Shown: positions 1 to 14,285 of the stretch, one piece after another
Numbering within the stretch: position 1 is the stretch's first letter
How the letters are laid out: each line of letters opens with the position of its first letter
Source of the DNA: the human T2T-CHM13v2.0 reference genome, Homo sapiens
Direction: 5' to 3' (one strand)
Assembly: GCF_009914755.1 (NCBI RefSeq)
Contig: NC_060935.1
DNA: 64,000 bases
The notes under the pieces: generated by a model
Seen by the model: the letters and a program-made list of their open reading frames with translations, nothing else
The model's database searches: none
What the model was told of the DNA's origin: nothing
Made by a program: the position numbers and the translations under genes

Positions 1-257
1 CTGAGTTTGTTTCCTTCTTTTGACCTTGCGCAGATTTCATCCTCCTCTGGAATGTTTGTTTTATTGTTATTACTTGTTTGTATTATCAGCTTTTCCACCA
101 GACTGGGCATCTGGAGAACTTTGTCTTATTTATTCTTACATCCCAGGATTCAGCACCATGCCTGAAACAGAGTTGATGTTCAGTAAATCTTAGTGGAATA
201 GATTATGTTGACTTCCTAAAACTAGTTCAGCATGACATAGTTCTAGTTGTTCATTTC

Positions 258-449
258 CCTTTTTTTGTTGTTGTTAAGAGATGGAGTCTGTCTCTCTCTG
301 TTACCCAGGCTGAAGCGCAGTGGCACCATCATAGCTCACTGCAGCCTCCAAAGCTCACTATAGCCTCCAATTCCTGGGCTTAAGTGATTCTCCCACTTCA
401 GCCTCCCGAGCAGCTGGGATTACAGGCATGCGCGCCACTGCTCCCAGCT
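258..449 (-). mobile_element. Old Alu monomer (FLAM/FRAM/AluJ-like) with an internal 19-nt tandem duplication
   Basis: gagatggagtct...cccaggctgaagcgcagtggc...gggattacaggc; agctcact(gc/at)agcctccaa repeated at 333-351 and 352-370. Confidence 0.8.
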
Positions 450-506
450 TCAATTCCTTTCCTTACTTATTTTTACATTTATGTTCTTCCTTAAAATGAA
501 CATCTT

Positions 507-812
507 GACCGAGCGCGGTGGCTCACTCTTGTAATCCCAGCACTTTGGGAGGCCGAGGCAGGCGGATCACGAGGTCAGGAGATTGAGACCATGGTGAAAC
601 CCTGTCTTTACTAAAAATACAAAAAAAAAAAAAAAAAAATTAGCCAGGCATGGTGGCGGGTGCCTGTAGTCCCAGCTACTTGGGAGGCTGAGTCAGGAGA
701 ATGGCATCAACCCAGGAGGCAGAGCTTGCAGTGAGCCGAGATCGCGCCACTGCTCTCCAGCCTGGGCGACAGAGCGAGACTCTTTCAAAAAAAAAAAAAA
801 AAAAAAAAAAAA
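507..812 (+). mobile_element. AluY, probably AluYd lineage (12-nt left-arm deletion)
   Basis: Full dimer with AluY diagnostics (agaatggc, gagcttgcagtgagccgagatcgcgcc). gagaccatggtgaaac lacks TCCTGGCTAACA. A-tail and TSD gaacatctt on both sides. Confidence 0.88.
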
Positions 813-2358
813 GAACATCTTAACATATACTGCCTTGTTCTCCATTTGGCTATGAATCTATCACACTCCAGCACTTGTTTCTTGTTACCTGTGTGGGTGC
901 TTTACCTGCCTAGAATAGAGTTAAAGCTCCTAATGACAACCTATTGGTATGAACTTTTGGAACCTCCAGTGCCACATTTATAAGAAATCAAAATCTTGTT
1001 GATCAATTGACAATCAATATGGGAAACTATTGTTTCCCATCAATATGTGAGATTATGCTTTTGCTTAATTTTATTGGGCACAAATATTGTTGAACAATTT
1101 ATTTGAATAGTATGTTGTTGCCTTTATAGATATCCATTTCCACTTTCTTAGTTGATGATTTTTCACTCTACATTATGATTTTCACTTATCCTTTGAGTGT
1201 TTGATCTACAAATGATTGCTTGCCCAGGTGATGAAGAATTTTCTTGTATTCCTATCTTTCCAGTATGTAGAGATGGAAATGCATATTGGTTGTTGTTTAT
1301 TATCTGCCATTTTGTCAAGTATTAATATATGCTTAAATTCACAAAGAGGTAACTCTTTGAGTTGGCAGAACCAGACTACTCAGATACAATTGCCTCATTC
1401 TCAGACTCGGGAAGACGAGGATAGTGCATCTTGTCCTCATAGAAGAGGCCCTGTAGTTAGAATGTGTGCTTTGGAGTGTTAGAATGGGTATTCTGAATGC
1501 AAGAATATGATTGTTTCAGTTTTGTCAAGAAAATGCTTAACTGGACTGTGTATTCTAACAATATTAGAATATAACAAAAAAATCTATCATTATATGTCCT
1601 TACCTGCCTAACCTGTGACGAGAAATGACAGGTTTGATATTTTGTAAACTGCCATAGAATCAGCTAGTAGTTTTCTATTCTGTTGGCTTGTCTTTCTCCC
1701 CTCCTTAATGCTTGAGATAAGTGTACTTTTTGAGTATGTTTTGGAAACGTGTTTTCAAAGTTCTCAACTTATGAAATGTTAAACTATTCCAAGGTTGTAA
1801 GTAGCTTGTCATGTGTAAAGAAAAGTCTGCAAGATGAGAGGTCAGAAGACCTGTGAATCCTGACACTACACTATGTGCTATATCCTGATCATAAGCAAAT
1901 TTCCTAACCTCTTACAGCCCCCAATTCCTTCCTACTTTCTTTTCACCACTTTATAATGCATCTATCCCCAGAAAGCAATGACCCCTTCCCCTGTTCTTCA
2001 TAAAGAATTTGAGGATGGTTTTATGTGCTAGACACTGTGCTAAATAAAAACTAGTAAATAGTAAAGTTAGAATTCAAATCCAGGTTTGTTTTTTTTTTAA
2101 ACACCGAAATCTATGCTCTTAACCAATGTATATACTATCAGCTACTAACTGTCTTTCACCACAATTAATAGTAGAATGATTATCTTGAGTATCTTCTTTA
2201 GGGATAACTATTAATTCAAAGGAAGCTCCTTTTTAAAATACAACATTGGAAAAAGAAAAATATAGAAATTCTCAACATAGCACTGTTCTAGTAAGCCTAT
2301 TTGTAATTTTTTTTAAAAAAGTGGGGGGAGGGAGAAGGAAGGGGAGAGAAAGTGAGTG

Positions 2359-2360
<2 letters not shown>

Positions 2361-2393
<33 letters not shown>

Positions 2394-2398
2394 TGTGT
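2361..2398. repeat. (GT)n microsatellite
   Basis: 15 perfect GT units at 2361-2390 plus an imperfect extension. Confidence 0.95.
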
Positions 2399-2485
2399 AT
2401 GTCTTGTGGCTGATCAGGTGGAACCCATCACTACTTTGTCCAGAAAACTCAGGAGTATGTGTGGGTAGGTCTGGAACAGGATGTA

Positions 2486-2695
2486 CAGGTTGACTAAACG
2501 TTATCCAATATGCATGGGACCAGAAGTGCTTTGGGTTTTGGATTTTTTTTTATTTTGGAATATTTGCATTATATTTACCAGTTCAGCATCCAGAATCCAA
2601 AAATCTGAAATCTGAAATGCATCAGTGAGCATTTCCTTCAAGTATCATGCAGATTTTGGAGACTTTTGGATTTGGGATTTGGGATGCTTAACCTT
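2486..2695. mobile_element. Tigger4a/MER46-like non-autonomous DNA transposon
   Basis: caggttga...gggaccagaagtg...ttttggaatatttgcatt...agcatcc...gggatgcttaacct resembles the recalled MER46A/Tigger4a consensus with decayed TIRs. Confidence 0.75.
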
Positions 2696-3666
2696 CAATA
2701 GTGAGTTTATGTAACTTAAAATGTACTAAATCCAACAAAAACTGACTGAAAATATGTCAGGTGGTTGGAATTTTTCTTTGAAGCAATCATTTATGTTTTT
2801 ATTAGTCTTTTGTTTATGCATAAGAAAGGTGAGGTGTCTAATGTCTTTGACAAAATTTATGGTTGCAATAGAGCAGCCTATTATTTTCCCTCAGATACGT
2901 GCCATTTCTCTCTTCTGGTTCTATTATGTTTACAATAAGTTGCTGTTCTTTTGTAATTTTCTGAAACTTTTTTCTCTGAGACTGTGTTATCTAAAACAAA
3001 CCCTACCAAAACAAAAAAGTTTCCCAGAGTGAGTTGTTTCCATTGCATGGAAAAAGACAGGTGTGTACTCTTATTTTTTTCTGTGTGCTTTGTGAAAATC
3101 CCCCCTCCCTCCTATTAACATAGTGAATTTTTGAATGAGAATGTCCTAATGCATGATATCTGTTTCATGAATTTATCTTTGTAGATTTGACCAAAACCAA
3201 TTTTATATGTGGAAAGTAAATTTAATTATACCAATCCCCTAGACTTGGGTGTAGATACAACTCTTAAGAACTATCAGTCCAAGCAATCTATAAAACTAAA
3301 TGTTTGCAGCCACCATTTTCTAAATCCAATGTAGGAAAAAGGAAAAAGCATAGTTTCCAGAGAAGGCAATTGGAATTGAATGTATCCTGCAGACCTTATA
3401 CTCTACGATTACACATACATGCTGTCTCCAGCAGCTTTTGTTTTGCTTTTGGCTGCTTATTTCACAGTTTCTTTTTTTCTTACTTTTCAAATTAATGATT
3501 CTTTGCCAGCAGCATTCTTGCAATATATCAGACTTGATTCAATATTGCAAGCTCTCTGCTACCTTTCTTACTCGGTCATTTCCACCCAGGTGAATAATAT
3601 TACCTAGTAGCAATTTTTTTTTTTTTTTTAAAGAACCTTGGAACCTTTAAGAATCTTTGTTTTTCA

Positions 3667-3966
3667 GGCCAGCCACGGCGGCTCACGCCTGTAATCCAAG
3701 CACTTTGGGAGGCCGAGGTGGGCGGATCACCTGCGGTCGTGAGTTTGAGACCAGCCTGACCAACACGGAGAAACCCCATCTCTACTAAAAATAAAAAAAT
3801 TAGCCGAGCGTGATGGCACATGCCTGTAATCCCAGCTACTCCGGAGGCTCAGGCAGGAGAATTGCTTGAACCCAGGAGGCAGAGGTTGCGGTGAGCTGAG
3901 ATCACACCATTGCCCTCTAGCCTGGGCAACAAGAGCGAAAAAAAAAAAAAAAAGAAAAGAAAAAAA
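3667..3966 (+). mobile_element. AluS (Sp-like)
   Basis: Full dimer, ctgaccaacacggagaaaccc, A-tail, TSD aatctttgtttttc. Confidence 0.9.
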
Positions 3967-4571
3967 TCTTTGTTTTTCCTGATCTTTGCTGTTTTTCTTC
4001 ATTATATCTCTGAGACATACATATGTAAATCTAATTAATCTATTGAATTCATGTGAAATATACTTAAAGTGTAATTTTATGTCCTTTTTTTAGATAAGTA
4101 AATTTCAGATACTACTTTTAGCAGAACACATTTTTTAATGTGTTGGTTATAAAGTGATCTGTAGGTAAAGGAATCTGAAAAAGCAAATGCTCATGTGTTA
4201 GAAATGAGTACCTTTAGTTGCCTCTGGACTGTTTTCTTTTTGCTATCCTATGAGGGTTACATGAAACAATCCCATTCCTTTGACATTTCCTCACTTTTGG
4301 GTTCTCTCATCCCTTTTAGAGTAAGGCACTGCTGATTAGGCCTGTTTCCAGGGCAATTTCTTGCTGCTCTCTTATTTTTAGTTTTGCTTGTTTTGTTATC
4401 ATAGGTTTGAAATGTAAGTAAGCGGCTCAGAATGACCTGGTTCTTGTAGCTAATTCAGTAAGCATTTATTGAGGGCATTGTACATCAGTCCAACAAAGAA
4501 AGAACACATCAAACTAGAGAGCAGTTCCAAGTCAACTTACTGGTAACCTGTTGTATAAAAAGTTACTACAA

Positions 4572-4874
4572 GGCCAGGCATGTTGGCTGGTGCCTGTAAT
4601 ACTAGCACTTTGAGAGGCCGAGGAGGGAGGATTGCTTGAGCGTAGGGGCTTGCAGTCAGCCTGGTCAACATATTGAAACCCCATCTGTACAAAACAATAA
4701 AAAAAATTTGCCAGGTATGATGGTGTGTGTGTGTGGTCCCACTTAGTTTGGGAGGCTGAGGTGAGATGATCTCTTGAGCTTGGGAGGTTGAGGCTGCATT
4801 GAGCCGATTGCACAACTGCATTCCAGCCTGGGTGACAGAGTGAGACCCTGTCTCAAAAAAAAAAAAAAAAAAAA
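4572..4874 (+). mobile_element. AluJ, probably inserted into an MLT1 LTR
   Basis: gaggattgcttgag and gttgaggctgca are J-type diagnostics; degenerate TSD aagtt(a/g)c(t/c)acaa. Confidence 0.85.
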
Positions 4875-4884
4875 ACCCTCCAAA

Positions 4885-5442
4885 AGAAGTTGCCACAAAA
4901 TTTTCAACTGAAAACACGTGTTTATTATCTCTTGTTTTCTTTGGATCAGAAGTCTGGGCACAGCTTAGCTGGGATCTCTGCTCAGGGTCTCATAAGGCTG
5001 CAATTAAGTGTTGGCCAGTTTGCTTTCCCATCTAGGAGCTTGACTGGAGCAGAATCCACTTTCAAGCTCATTCATATTATTGGCAGAATGCATTTCTTTT
5101 GACAGCTGTATGACCGAAGCCATCACTTTTTGCTGGCTGTTGGCTGGAGGCCACCTCCTATGGACTAAATGGCCCCTGCACCAATTCTTATGTTGAAGCC
5201 CTAATCTTCAATATGATGGAATGTGGAAGAGGGGCCTTTAGGAGGTATTATATATTAATCAGCTTTCCATATAATGTTGCTTAATCATGGGAGTGACATC
5301 TAGTCATCATGACCATATTCTGTTTATTAGAAAATAGTTATAAGTGCTGCCCACACTGAGGCTGAGGGGATTACACAAGGGCATTAGCACAAGGAGGCAG
5401 GATCCTGGGGGCTGGGCATCACCTCAGGGTCATTCTCCCACA
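4885..5442 (-). mobile_element. MLT1 (MaLR) LTR remnant, with a short opposite-orientation MaLR fragment at about 5158-5250
   Basis: tttattatctc...tctgggcacagcttagctggg...tctgctcagggtctcataaggctgcaat is typical MLT1. tatggactaaatg...tatgttgaagccctaatc...ggggcctttaggaggt is a typical MaLR 5' start. Confidence 0.65.
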
Positions 5443-6319
5443 GGCAAGATGGAAATAAATGGATGGTAAATAAACCTCAAGTGATTACAAATGGTATATT
5501 TTATTGCTTATATATTGTGTTCATGCCAGGACTAGATTAAACAGTATGTTGCAGCATGACTGCTATTTCGACTGGACTGTGTACATGCCAAGAATGAGGT
5601 CTATCTCATGAGACTAAGCAGTTTCGGTGCCCTGCCACTCTGTGAGGCAGAACCACATATGTTTGAGCCTCCACACTGGAAGCCAGAACTTTCTTCACCA
5701 CTATTCATTAAGATTTTCATAAAATTATTCATATAGTTGCTTTTGTTTAAAGTAGCAAGTGGTACAAAGATAAATTTCTGGTTAGAATAAAAGTCTCAAT
5801 AAAAGAATAAGCATATACAGAAGATAATTATTTTTTCAGATTTGTATGTTATTAGCAACATCTTATATTTTCAGATTTCTCAATAAGTTTAACTTCAATT
5901 TGTTAAGACTGTTAGCTTATTTCCATTGAACATTTTCATTTTTTATTTTTCCTCCTGCTTTTAATACTAGGCCTTGTGTTACATTGCTGAGTTGATATCA
6001 CAAATTTAATGACCTAGAGGAGTGATCTTTTTGGATCACTTTTTGGATATAGGTTAAAATCAGAGATAACAAATTTCTTGGGGTCTTGCTTCTACATCCT
6101 TCATTTGTTGATGTCAGTATGAACAACAATTGATAGATGCTTTAATTTTAAAGATTTCTGGGTTAAATTTACTTATATTCTTGAAATAAATGTACTTATT
6201 TAATAATGAAAGAAGAAAAACTTTGATACTCAGATATTTTTTGAATGTTAAGTTTTTATAATAAACTATAATCTTTCTAAAAATTGTTTACACATTTTAA
6301 ACTTTTTTTAAAATTTATT

Positions 6320-6619
<300 letters not shown>

Positions 6620-6774
6620 TAAACTTTTCTATTAAGAGCAATAAAAACAACAAAAAGTGGGATGGAAGGGGCTTTAACAGATACGTCTTTTCCCTTAGAA
6701 GTATGTTTGATACTGTGATAGAGACATGAGAGTGTGGTGTGTATGGCGAACTTTATGATACTCTGTTTGGTATG

Positions 6775-8330
6775 TAGGATATCCATACAATCGTTCAGGT
6801 AGTGAACGACATTGAGCTTTTATTATGTGCCAGACCCTCTGCTATAGAGCCAGAGAATGACAGTAATCCATACAGTAGTCATCAAGGCCATGTTAGCTGC
6901 AGAGCCACAAATAGTAAACAAGTAAGTAAATTAGGTAAATCACAGTACAGTGAGCACTGTGAAGGAAATAAGCAGTGTGCTGTAACTAAGAAAACCGTGG
7001 TGGGGAGGATCCTTTAAATGTGGTGGCCAGCAAGGGCCTCTCTCAGAGGGCGCGTTGGATCTGAGGCCTGAAGACTGGGAAGGAACCAGCTGAAGACTAG
7101 GGAGGAGCTAGCCATCTAAGAGGTGGGGAAGAATTCTAAATAGAGGGGGGACTGTGTGAAGGCCTTACAGTGGGAGAGAAATTGGTATGATCTAGCAATA
7201 GAAGGCCGATATGAAGAGATTAGAGACAGTGATGAGTGGTACAAGATGAGGTTGGAGAGGTAAGCAGTGGTCAGGCTATGTGCCTATGATAAGGAATTTG
7301 TGTTTTATTCTAATTTGGGAAGCCATTGAAGGATTCTGAACAGGTTAAAGATGTGATCTTGGTCTGTTTACCCTGGCTGCTGTTGGGGATAAGAGAAGCA
7401 GATGTCCTAGGTTAGGCAAGCAATAGCTTGGACTGGGGTGCTGGATATTGTGGATGTAACAGAAATATATTTCTGAGATAGAATTGATAGGATTTCCTAA
7501 TGAATTAGAGATAGATGATGAGGGAAAGAGAGGAATCCAGTATGCCTCCTAAGTTTTGTACCTGAGCCTGGGAATTAAAGATTTGTAGAGTTTAGTGGAA
7601 GTCATTGAAGTGGAAAAGGTTGGCTGGGGGCAAACCTCATGAAGAGTTTGGGTTTTATTGCTTAGTGACAGGCAAACATAAGAAAGGATGTTATGGGTTC
7701 AAATTTATATTTTAAACTGTGACTGGTAGCAATGTCAAGCCAGGTGAGAGAGACTCGAGGAAGAGAAACCAGTTTAGACAGTACTGCAGTACTCTTTTTG
7801 TATTGGTTAAGAAGGATTGATTTGAGACTGATGCTGGGGGTGGGTTGTGAGGGGAAGTTTTGAGAGATAAGAAAATGAATTGACTAGATGTGGTGACAAT
7901 GCCTCACGTGTGATAGATGTCTAATAAATATGTGAATGAAAGTAGCAGACTGTGGTGAACAGAAAAATCATATCAGGATATTTGTGGAGAAGATAGTGTG
8001 TTCCATTTTTTGGTAAGGTTGACATGCCTTCTAGGCCTCTAGGTGAAAATGCTTGGTAGGCACCTGGACTTTTCTGGGTCTGGAACACTAGAGAGTGTTT
8101 GGGATTTGAGAGTCATCTGTGTAGGTAATAGGTGAGGTCATATAAAAATATCTTCTACTAAAGTAGAATGTAGGACGAGAAGGCTGGAAATAGTACCTTC
8201 TGAAATACAAAATACAGGGTTTTCAGTAGGAATAGTATGAAGGAAAAGAGATGGATCCATAGTTACTGGCAAGGTGGAAGGTAAATTAGAAAAGTGTCAC
8301 GTTCTGAAAACCCCATGGATGAAGCATTGA
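6775..8330 (-). mobile_element. L2 LINE remnants
   Basis: Purine-rich decayed L2-type text (attgagc...tattatgtgccag, ggcctctctcagagg, tgggaagccattgaagg, tttgagagtcatc). Ends approximate. Confidence 0.6.
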
Positions 8331-11112
8331 GGCACAGTGCGAAGCTGTAGATACGTCAGGTAACACAGTTTCACTCACAAATAGCCTTATGATGTATCCG
8401 CATGTGTGTGAGTATGGTGAAAGGCTAATTTCATAGAGTCATGAGAAGAAATTTTAATCAGTTTGAGTGAGTGAGGGGAGAAAACTATTTTTACAAAACG
8501 CTTAGTTAAAATGGGAAGGAGAAAGCATAGCAAGAGAAATGTTTCAATGATGGGAATTTGCGGAGTTTTTTTTACAAATTTTTTTTCCAGTAACTATTGT
8601 TGAAAACCATGTGTTGGGGGATACTTTGAGAATGTAATATGTAGACTACCTGTATAATTTGACCTCTAAGTCAAAAAATGCTGAGCAGTTTAGGATTGAT
8701 TTTTTTTGGGGGTGGGGGGAAATATTGGATGATAGTAGCTTTTATACATTTATTTATGGATTTGTTTATGTTAGAATAATACCTACTTTTAGGATGATTA
8801 GACATAGTTTGGGCTACCAGATCAGAGCAATTTTAAGTACCATAAAGATGTTGGCCTTTGAGATCCTTTAGCCACATTGTAGAAATAGGGGTGAAATTTC
8901 CTGTCGTGGGAGTATGTAAATCCAGTTTTGCAAACCAGAAAATAAGTGATCAGTAGTCCTTAAGGTTGTTTCCATCTTTGTTTGATATCCCAGTGATAAT
9001 GTACTATTTGGCAAAGCAACAGGCTACATTTTGAAAAAGATTTACTCATCTACCCAGCCAGCCATCCTGTCAGCCATGCTCATGTCTCTCAGCAGCAAAG
9101 GATTTGAGGTGGCCCACCTTTAAAAAAAAAAGTAACAAAATGGCAAAAATGTGAAAAGTGAAAATCTGGTATAGGGAAAATATATTTTATTGAATGTGAA
9201 GGCAAGGGAAAGCATGTATGCACACACAAAGAACGTCCATGTGCTTGCAATTAGGGCATGTACGTAGTTTTTATAATTGAACATAGTATTTAGAAGTTTG
9301 TCTGTAGTATTGATGTCTATATTGAAAAGGAATGCAAAGGTTTTGACTTCATTCTAACTGTAATAGTGGAAAATAACTTTTTTTTTTTCAGGAAATGCTA
9401 GTTTTTACTAGCACTGATCTTAAAATAATTATTTGGGGCAACTTTGAGTGATATATTGGTTGATCTATTAAAACAATGGAGAATACAAACTCTTATATAA
9501 CCATTAACACCCGCTTCAATTGTCCAAGCATTCACTCAAACATTTAGTAGGCCACTGTACTGACTCAGTAGAGTAGTGGGGATCAGAAACCGTATCGCAG
9601 TGGATTGAGAGGTGAATAAGATGTTAAAATGCGAGACATTTTGGGTAGACTTTCAGAGGTAGTTTGGCTTGGATGATAAGGTAATAAAGGGAATGTGGTG
9701 TTAGGGACTCCGCCCCCTTCCTCCATGTGTGTTGGTTGACTTTTTGAGCATACGTATCCTTACAGTGAAAACAGGAAACAGAGAACAAGCTGCTCTGTAA
9801 AGCGTTTCTGCAAGTGTGAAACACTCCCAATTTCAGTGGCATCATCTTTGGGTAAGAAAGAGAAGGGAAGGAACAAAATTAAAGGATAGGAGTGAATACC
9901 AATAAAGGTGAAGGTAAGAATGGAAGAGTGGAGTCTGGGGGAGCTATCTCTCAATTTGCTTGATTCATTCAGAAAATATCGAGCTACCTGCTCATACCAG
10001 GCCGTATGTAAGGGCTGGAGACACAGACGTGATGAAGTCTGCCTTCATGGAACTCACATTCTAATGCATGTATCCTCCACAGTATTATGAGCCACTGGAT
10101 AGCAGTTCTTATGTAGCAGTGTCTGGTATGGTGCTTGGCATACATAGTAGTCATCCAAAAAATGAATTAACAAATCTCTTTTGCATCTGTGTGTTCTACC
10201 CTTTTGGCTTAGTCTCATCTTTGGTATAGCAGGCATGTCAAAAATTGATAGAGTTTTATACACCAATAATGAACTTTGAAGAAGCGGTAATAAACATGTT
10301 TAAAAAAGCTACCATCAACATTATCCTGCAACCCTTCTTTTATATGTGGTTACTGTTAGAGGTTTTTGCAGCTCAGAATATATTGTTTCTTAGGTCATTC
10401 ATAAATGTTTGAGTGTTCTTCATGTGGAAAGTACTTGTCTGGGAGCGTGAGTTAAGTAAGGCCGAGTTCCATCTGAATAGATGGACAATTTCACTACAAG
10501 TATAATATAATAAGTGTTCAAAATTGTATGGGCATGGAGAAGGAGATAGTTAGGACTGGTTATTTGTTTTCCTTCCTAATCGATAAACATCTGTTGTATT
10601 TGTAATGCAGTGGAACTTGCAAATTGTGTTAGCCTGAACTCTGGGCCCCAGGGGAGGGGCGGGTAAAGATGATTAGTTTTTACAGTATTCCTTTCAAACC
10701 TATTGGGTTTTTTTTAATTAGGTGTTATTTGATCTTATTATGTTTCATGAGAGCAGTGATGACAATCTGTGTGGAGAAGAATAGGAGATGCTGCACCCAA
10801 TTGTATTTATAGATTATAAATTTGGTTTGGAGGACTAGGGTGTGTGTGTGTGAGAGAGAGAAAGATGCGGGGAAGAGGTTGACAAGTAGTGACAGTGTTG
10901 AGAGTGGTGCGAAATTTATTTACAACCTACTGATTGGGTTCACATTTCTAAAATGAGGTTGCTGGATTAAATCGACAAGCTTCATCCAAAGTATAAATGT
11001 TTATGTTTCAACGGAACCTGTGGTTTGCTTCGGATTAGTCCCCCAAGTCAGTGATAAGTGCATGTGTGCACACACAAACACACACACAACTAGAAATCCT
11101 GGGAATTTTAAC

Positions 11113-12076
11113 TATCTTTTTCTCCAAAAAAACCCAGAAAACTCGTTGAACATAATGTTATAACCTTAGAGAGAGTTGTTTAAAAGTGAGCACCCAGCAT
11201 GTTGCCTTTTTGGTGAGTAGGAAAGAATCTTCCAAACTCACCACCAACCCGTTTCGCACCTCCCCTAGATACACACCACACAATCACCATTCTTCTTTGC
11301 TATATACTTTTTCTCATAGTACTTAAACATTCTTATCATTTTTCCTTGTCTATCTCCAGTGGAATATAAACTCTCCAAGGGAGATGTTTGTTTTGTTTAC
11401 CTTCCTTAGTGATCCCTGTAGGAGATCACTAGATTCTGTTGAATCAATCATAGCTGGCCACTTGATACACTGTGTGAGTATATATTGACTATCATTTTTT
11501 ACTCAGCAGTGTACCCAGTACAGTGTGTGTGTATACTGGGGATGACTTTATTGGCTTTGGCTGTATATACATTCAATCATCACCTTATGGAGATAAATGG
11601 TATGTATAAAAATTAGGAAATGTGACAAGACCTGTAAAGTTAAGGGCTAAATTATATGGTAGGAATTGGTCCAAGGTCAGCATATTGGAATGGGCAAAAA
11701 ATGGCTTCATGAAATAGGTGAAACTTGAACTAGACTTCTAAAAGGATCATGGGGCACAGGTAAGGAAGGATACTCCAGGAAAACAGCCTTCATGATACCT
11801 CCTCTCTGAACTTTCTGTCATCTTAATTCCATCTCTCAGGATTTATTTTTGAAAAGGAAACAAATTAAAAAGTTATTCACCATCCTCTGCCATGATCTGG
11901 CATATAGCACATAATTAAATATTATTTTTTAATGTAACTATTTGTATAATATCTTTTTTTCAAAAAAAATCAGAAAACTTGTTGAACATAATGTTATAAC
12001 CTTAGACAGATTTGTTTAAAAGTGGTCATCCAACATGCTTGCCTTTTCACGGAGTAGGAAAGAATCTTCCAAACTC
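11113..12076 (+). repeat. Dispersed 127-nt direct repeat (11113-11239 and 11950-12076)
   Basis: Both copies read tatcttttt...cagaaaact(c/t)gttgaacataatgttataaccttaga...ttgtttaaaagtg...gagtaggaaagaatcttccaaactc; offset 837 nt. Confidence 0.92.
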
Positions 12077-13057
12077 TGACTGTGGCTCTATGTCCAGTTA
12101 TATTTTGTCATTAACTGCCTACCAGTTTCCCATTGCTTAATACTCTAGAAATGACAAGTGATTCTATTGAATTTTGGTTAGTTGGGTCAAATAGATCAAA
12201 GGACAATTATAAAAGGGAAACACAGGAAAGGGGAATTAATTATAAATATGGGGGGGGGGAAGAGAGCTGAATAATTAGGCATGATAGGCATTAATTATTG
12301 TTAGACATTTGTTATATGTATTGCAGTTATACTTATGTGGAAGATCTTGATCTTTTTTTGTTAATGTTCACTTGAATTTTTTTTATCCTGGTACAGTTAG
12401 ATATAAGCAAGTTACTGTGTTCCTGATTTTCTTCTAGGAAAAGTATTGATAACTTTGCTTTTGATAGCCTGCAACCAGTCTGCTCATTAATTTCCATATA
12501 GCTGTTGTTAGAGACTTTGCCCAGCAAACTAAATGCTATTTGTGGAATAGACAACAAAATCAATAACTAAGACATTTTTGGAAAATCTAGTTAACTTCTT
12601 GGATTTGTTAAACAAATCCTGAATACACTGAATACTATGCCTTTGAAATAAGCTTAATTTTTGCCACACAGCACCAGTGAATCTTGCTACAATTGATATA
12701 TGTAGTAAGTTAATTAACTGCCTTTGTTTTCAGTTGACTTTTTTCGTTCTGAATTTTTTTTAATGGTATTATATCTCTCAAAAACGTACAATTGAAGGAG
12801 AGTATTAGTATTTCATAGATTTCTGATCAAACAATTAGATATGTCACCTCTCTGCCTGCACTAATTTATAAATATATTTAAGCTATAATAGTAAACACTG
12901 AATTGCAATTTTGTACTTCTTAGATATTATTACTCTTTATCAACTTATGCATGTTCTTCTGTAACTGTTGACTTGATTGATTATAGCATGTGCTAAAAGA
13001 TGTAAAATGGAGATTTCTGAAATTGTAATAATAAAAAAGCCATAAAAAAATGCCATC

Positions 13058-13375
<318 letters not shown>

Positions 13376-13509
13376 TTACTTTTATGAACAGATTTGTACC
13401 AAGTTGTTCCTAAATTGGTACAGAATTCATGATGCATGTTTTTGAAAACAGAAACAAATACTATTTGTACTTTCTTTCTGATGTTGAAAAAATTTAAGAG
13501 CACATATTT

Positions 13510-14285
13510 CTTTAAGAAAAATACCTATAGAATAAATTCCTAGAAGTGAAATAACTAAGTCAAAGGGTACGTAAATTTTGAATTTCAGTAGATATTGTAA
13601 ATTGCACTAATTCACATTTCTACTCATAATATCTGATGCCACTTTTTCTGCAAACACAGCATCTTTTCAAATACTTTGCTGGTTAGGAAGGAATTCGTAT
13701 CTTAGTGAAGTTTACCTTTACATGTCTTATTTTATGAGTGAGCTATTTATATTGGCTCTTCTGGGAACTGTCCAATTGGGCTGATGATCTTAATTTTCTT
13801 ACTCTTTTTATTCACTCTCTCTATTGGGAAAATTTATCTTTTGCTTCCAACCTGATGACATGCAAATAACTTGATTTTGTTTTGTTTGTCTTTTGTTTTT
13901 CAGATTGTCATTTGTTTTGGGTCATATTTTTAAACCTTTTATATTGGTGAATTTGCCAGTTTTGTCTTTTATGGGTTCTAAATTTCATGTTAAAGTTGAA
14001 CAGGGCCTTCACTACTCTAATGTTATAAAAGAATAAACCCTGGGAGAATTCTAGTACTTTTATGGTTTAATATTTTGCGTCTAAGCTTTTGATTCATTTG
14101 GAATTCTGTTGCAAGATGTGAAGTGTGGATCCAGCTTTATTTTGTTCTATATAACTACCCAATTATTCCAATATTGCTCATTAGTCAATCTTTTCTACTG
14201 ATTTAACCTGTCACCTTTATCTGAAAACCTTATGTATTTTGGGTCTGTTTTTGGTCTTTCTGTTTCATTGATCTGTATATGTTTG
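13510..14285 (-). mobile_element. Old L1M/L1ME fragments
   Basis: ataaattcctagaagtgaaataactaagtcaaaggg and gatccagctttattt are decayed antisense L1 motifs. Confidence 0.55.

Noticed and set aside
11113-12076. 127-nt repeat as a tandem snoRNA pair, LTR pair or CRISPR-like array
   Set aside because: No C/D boxes or convincing H/ACA layout, no TG...CA ends or primer-binding site, only two copies, eukaryotic context.
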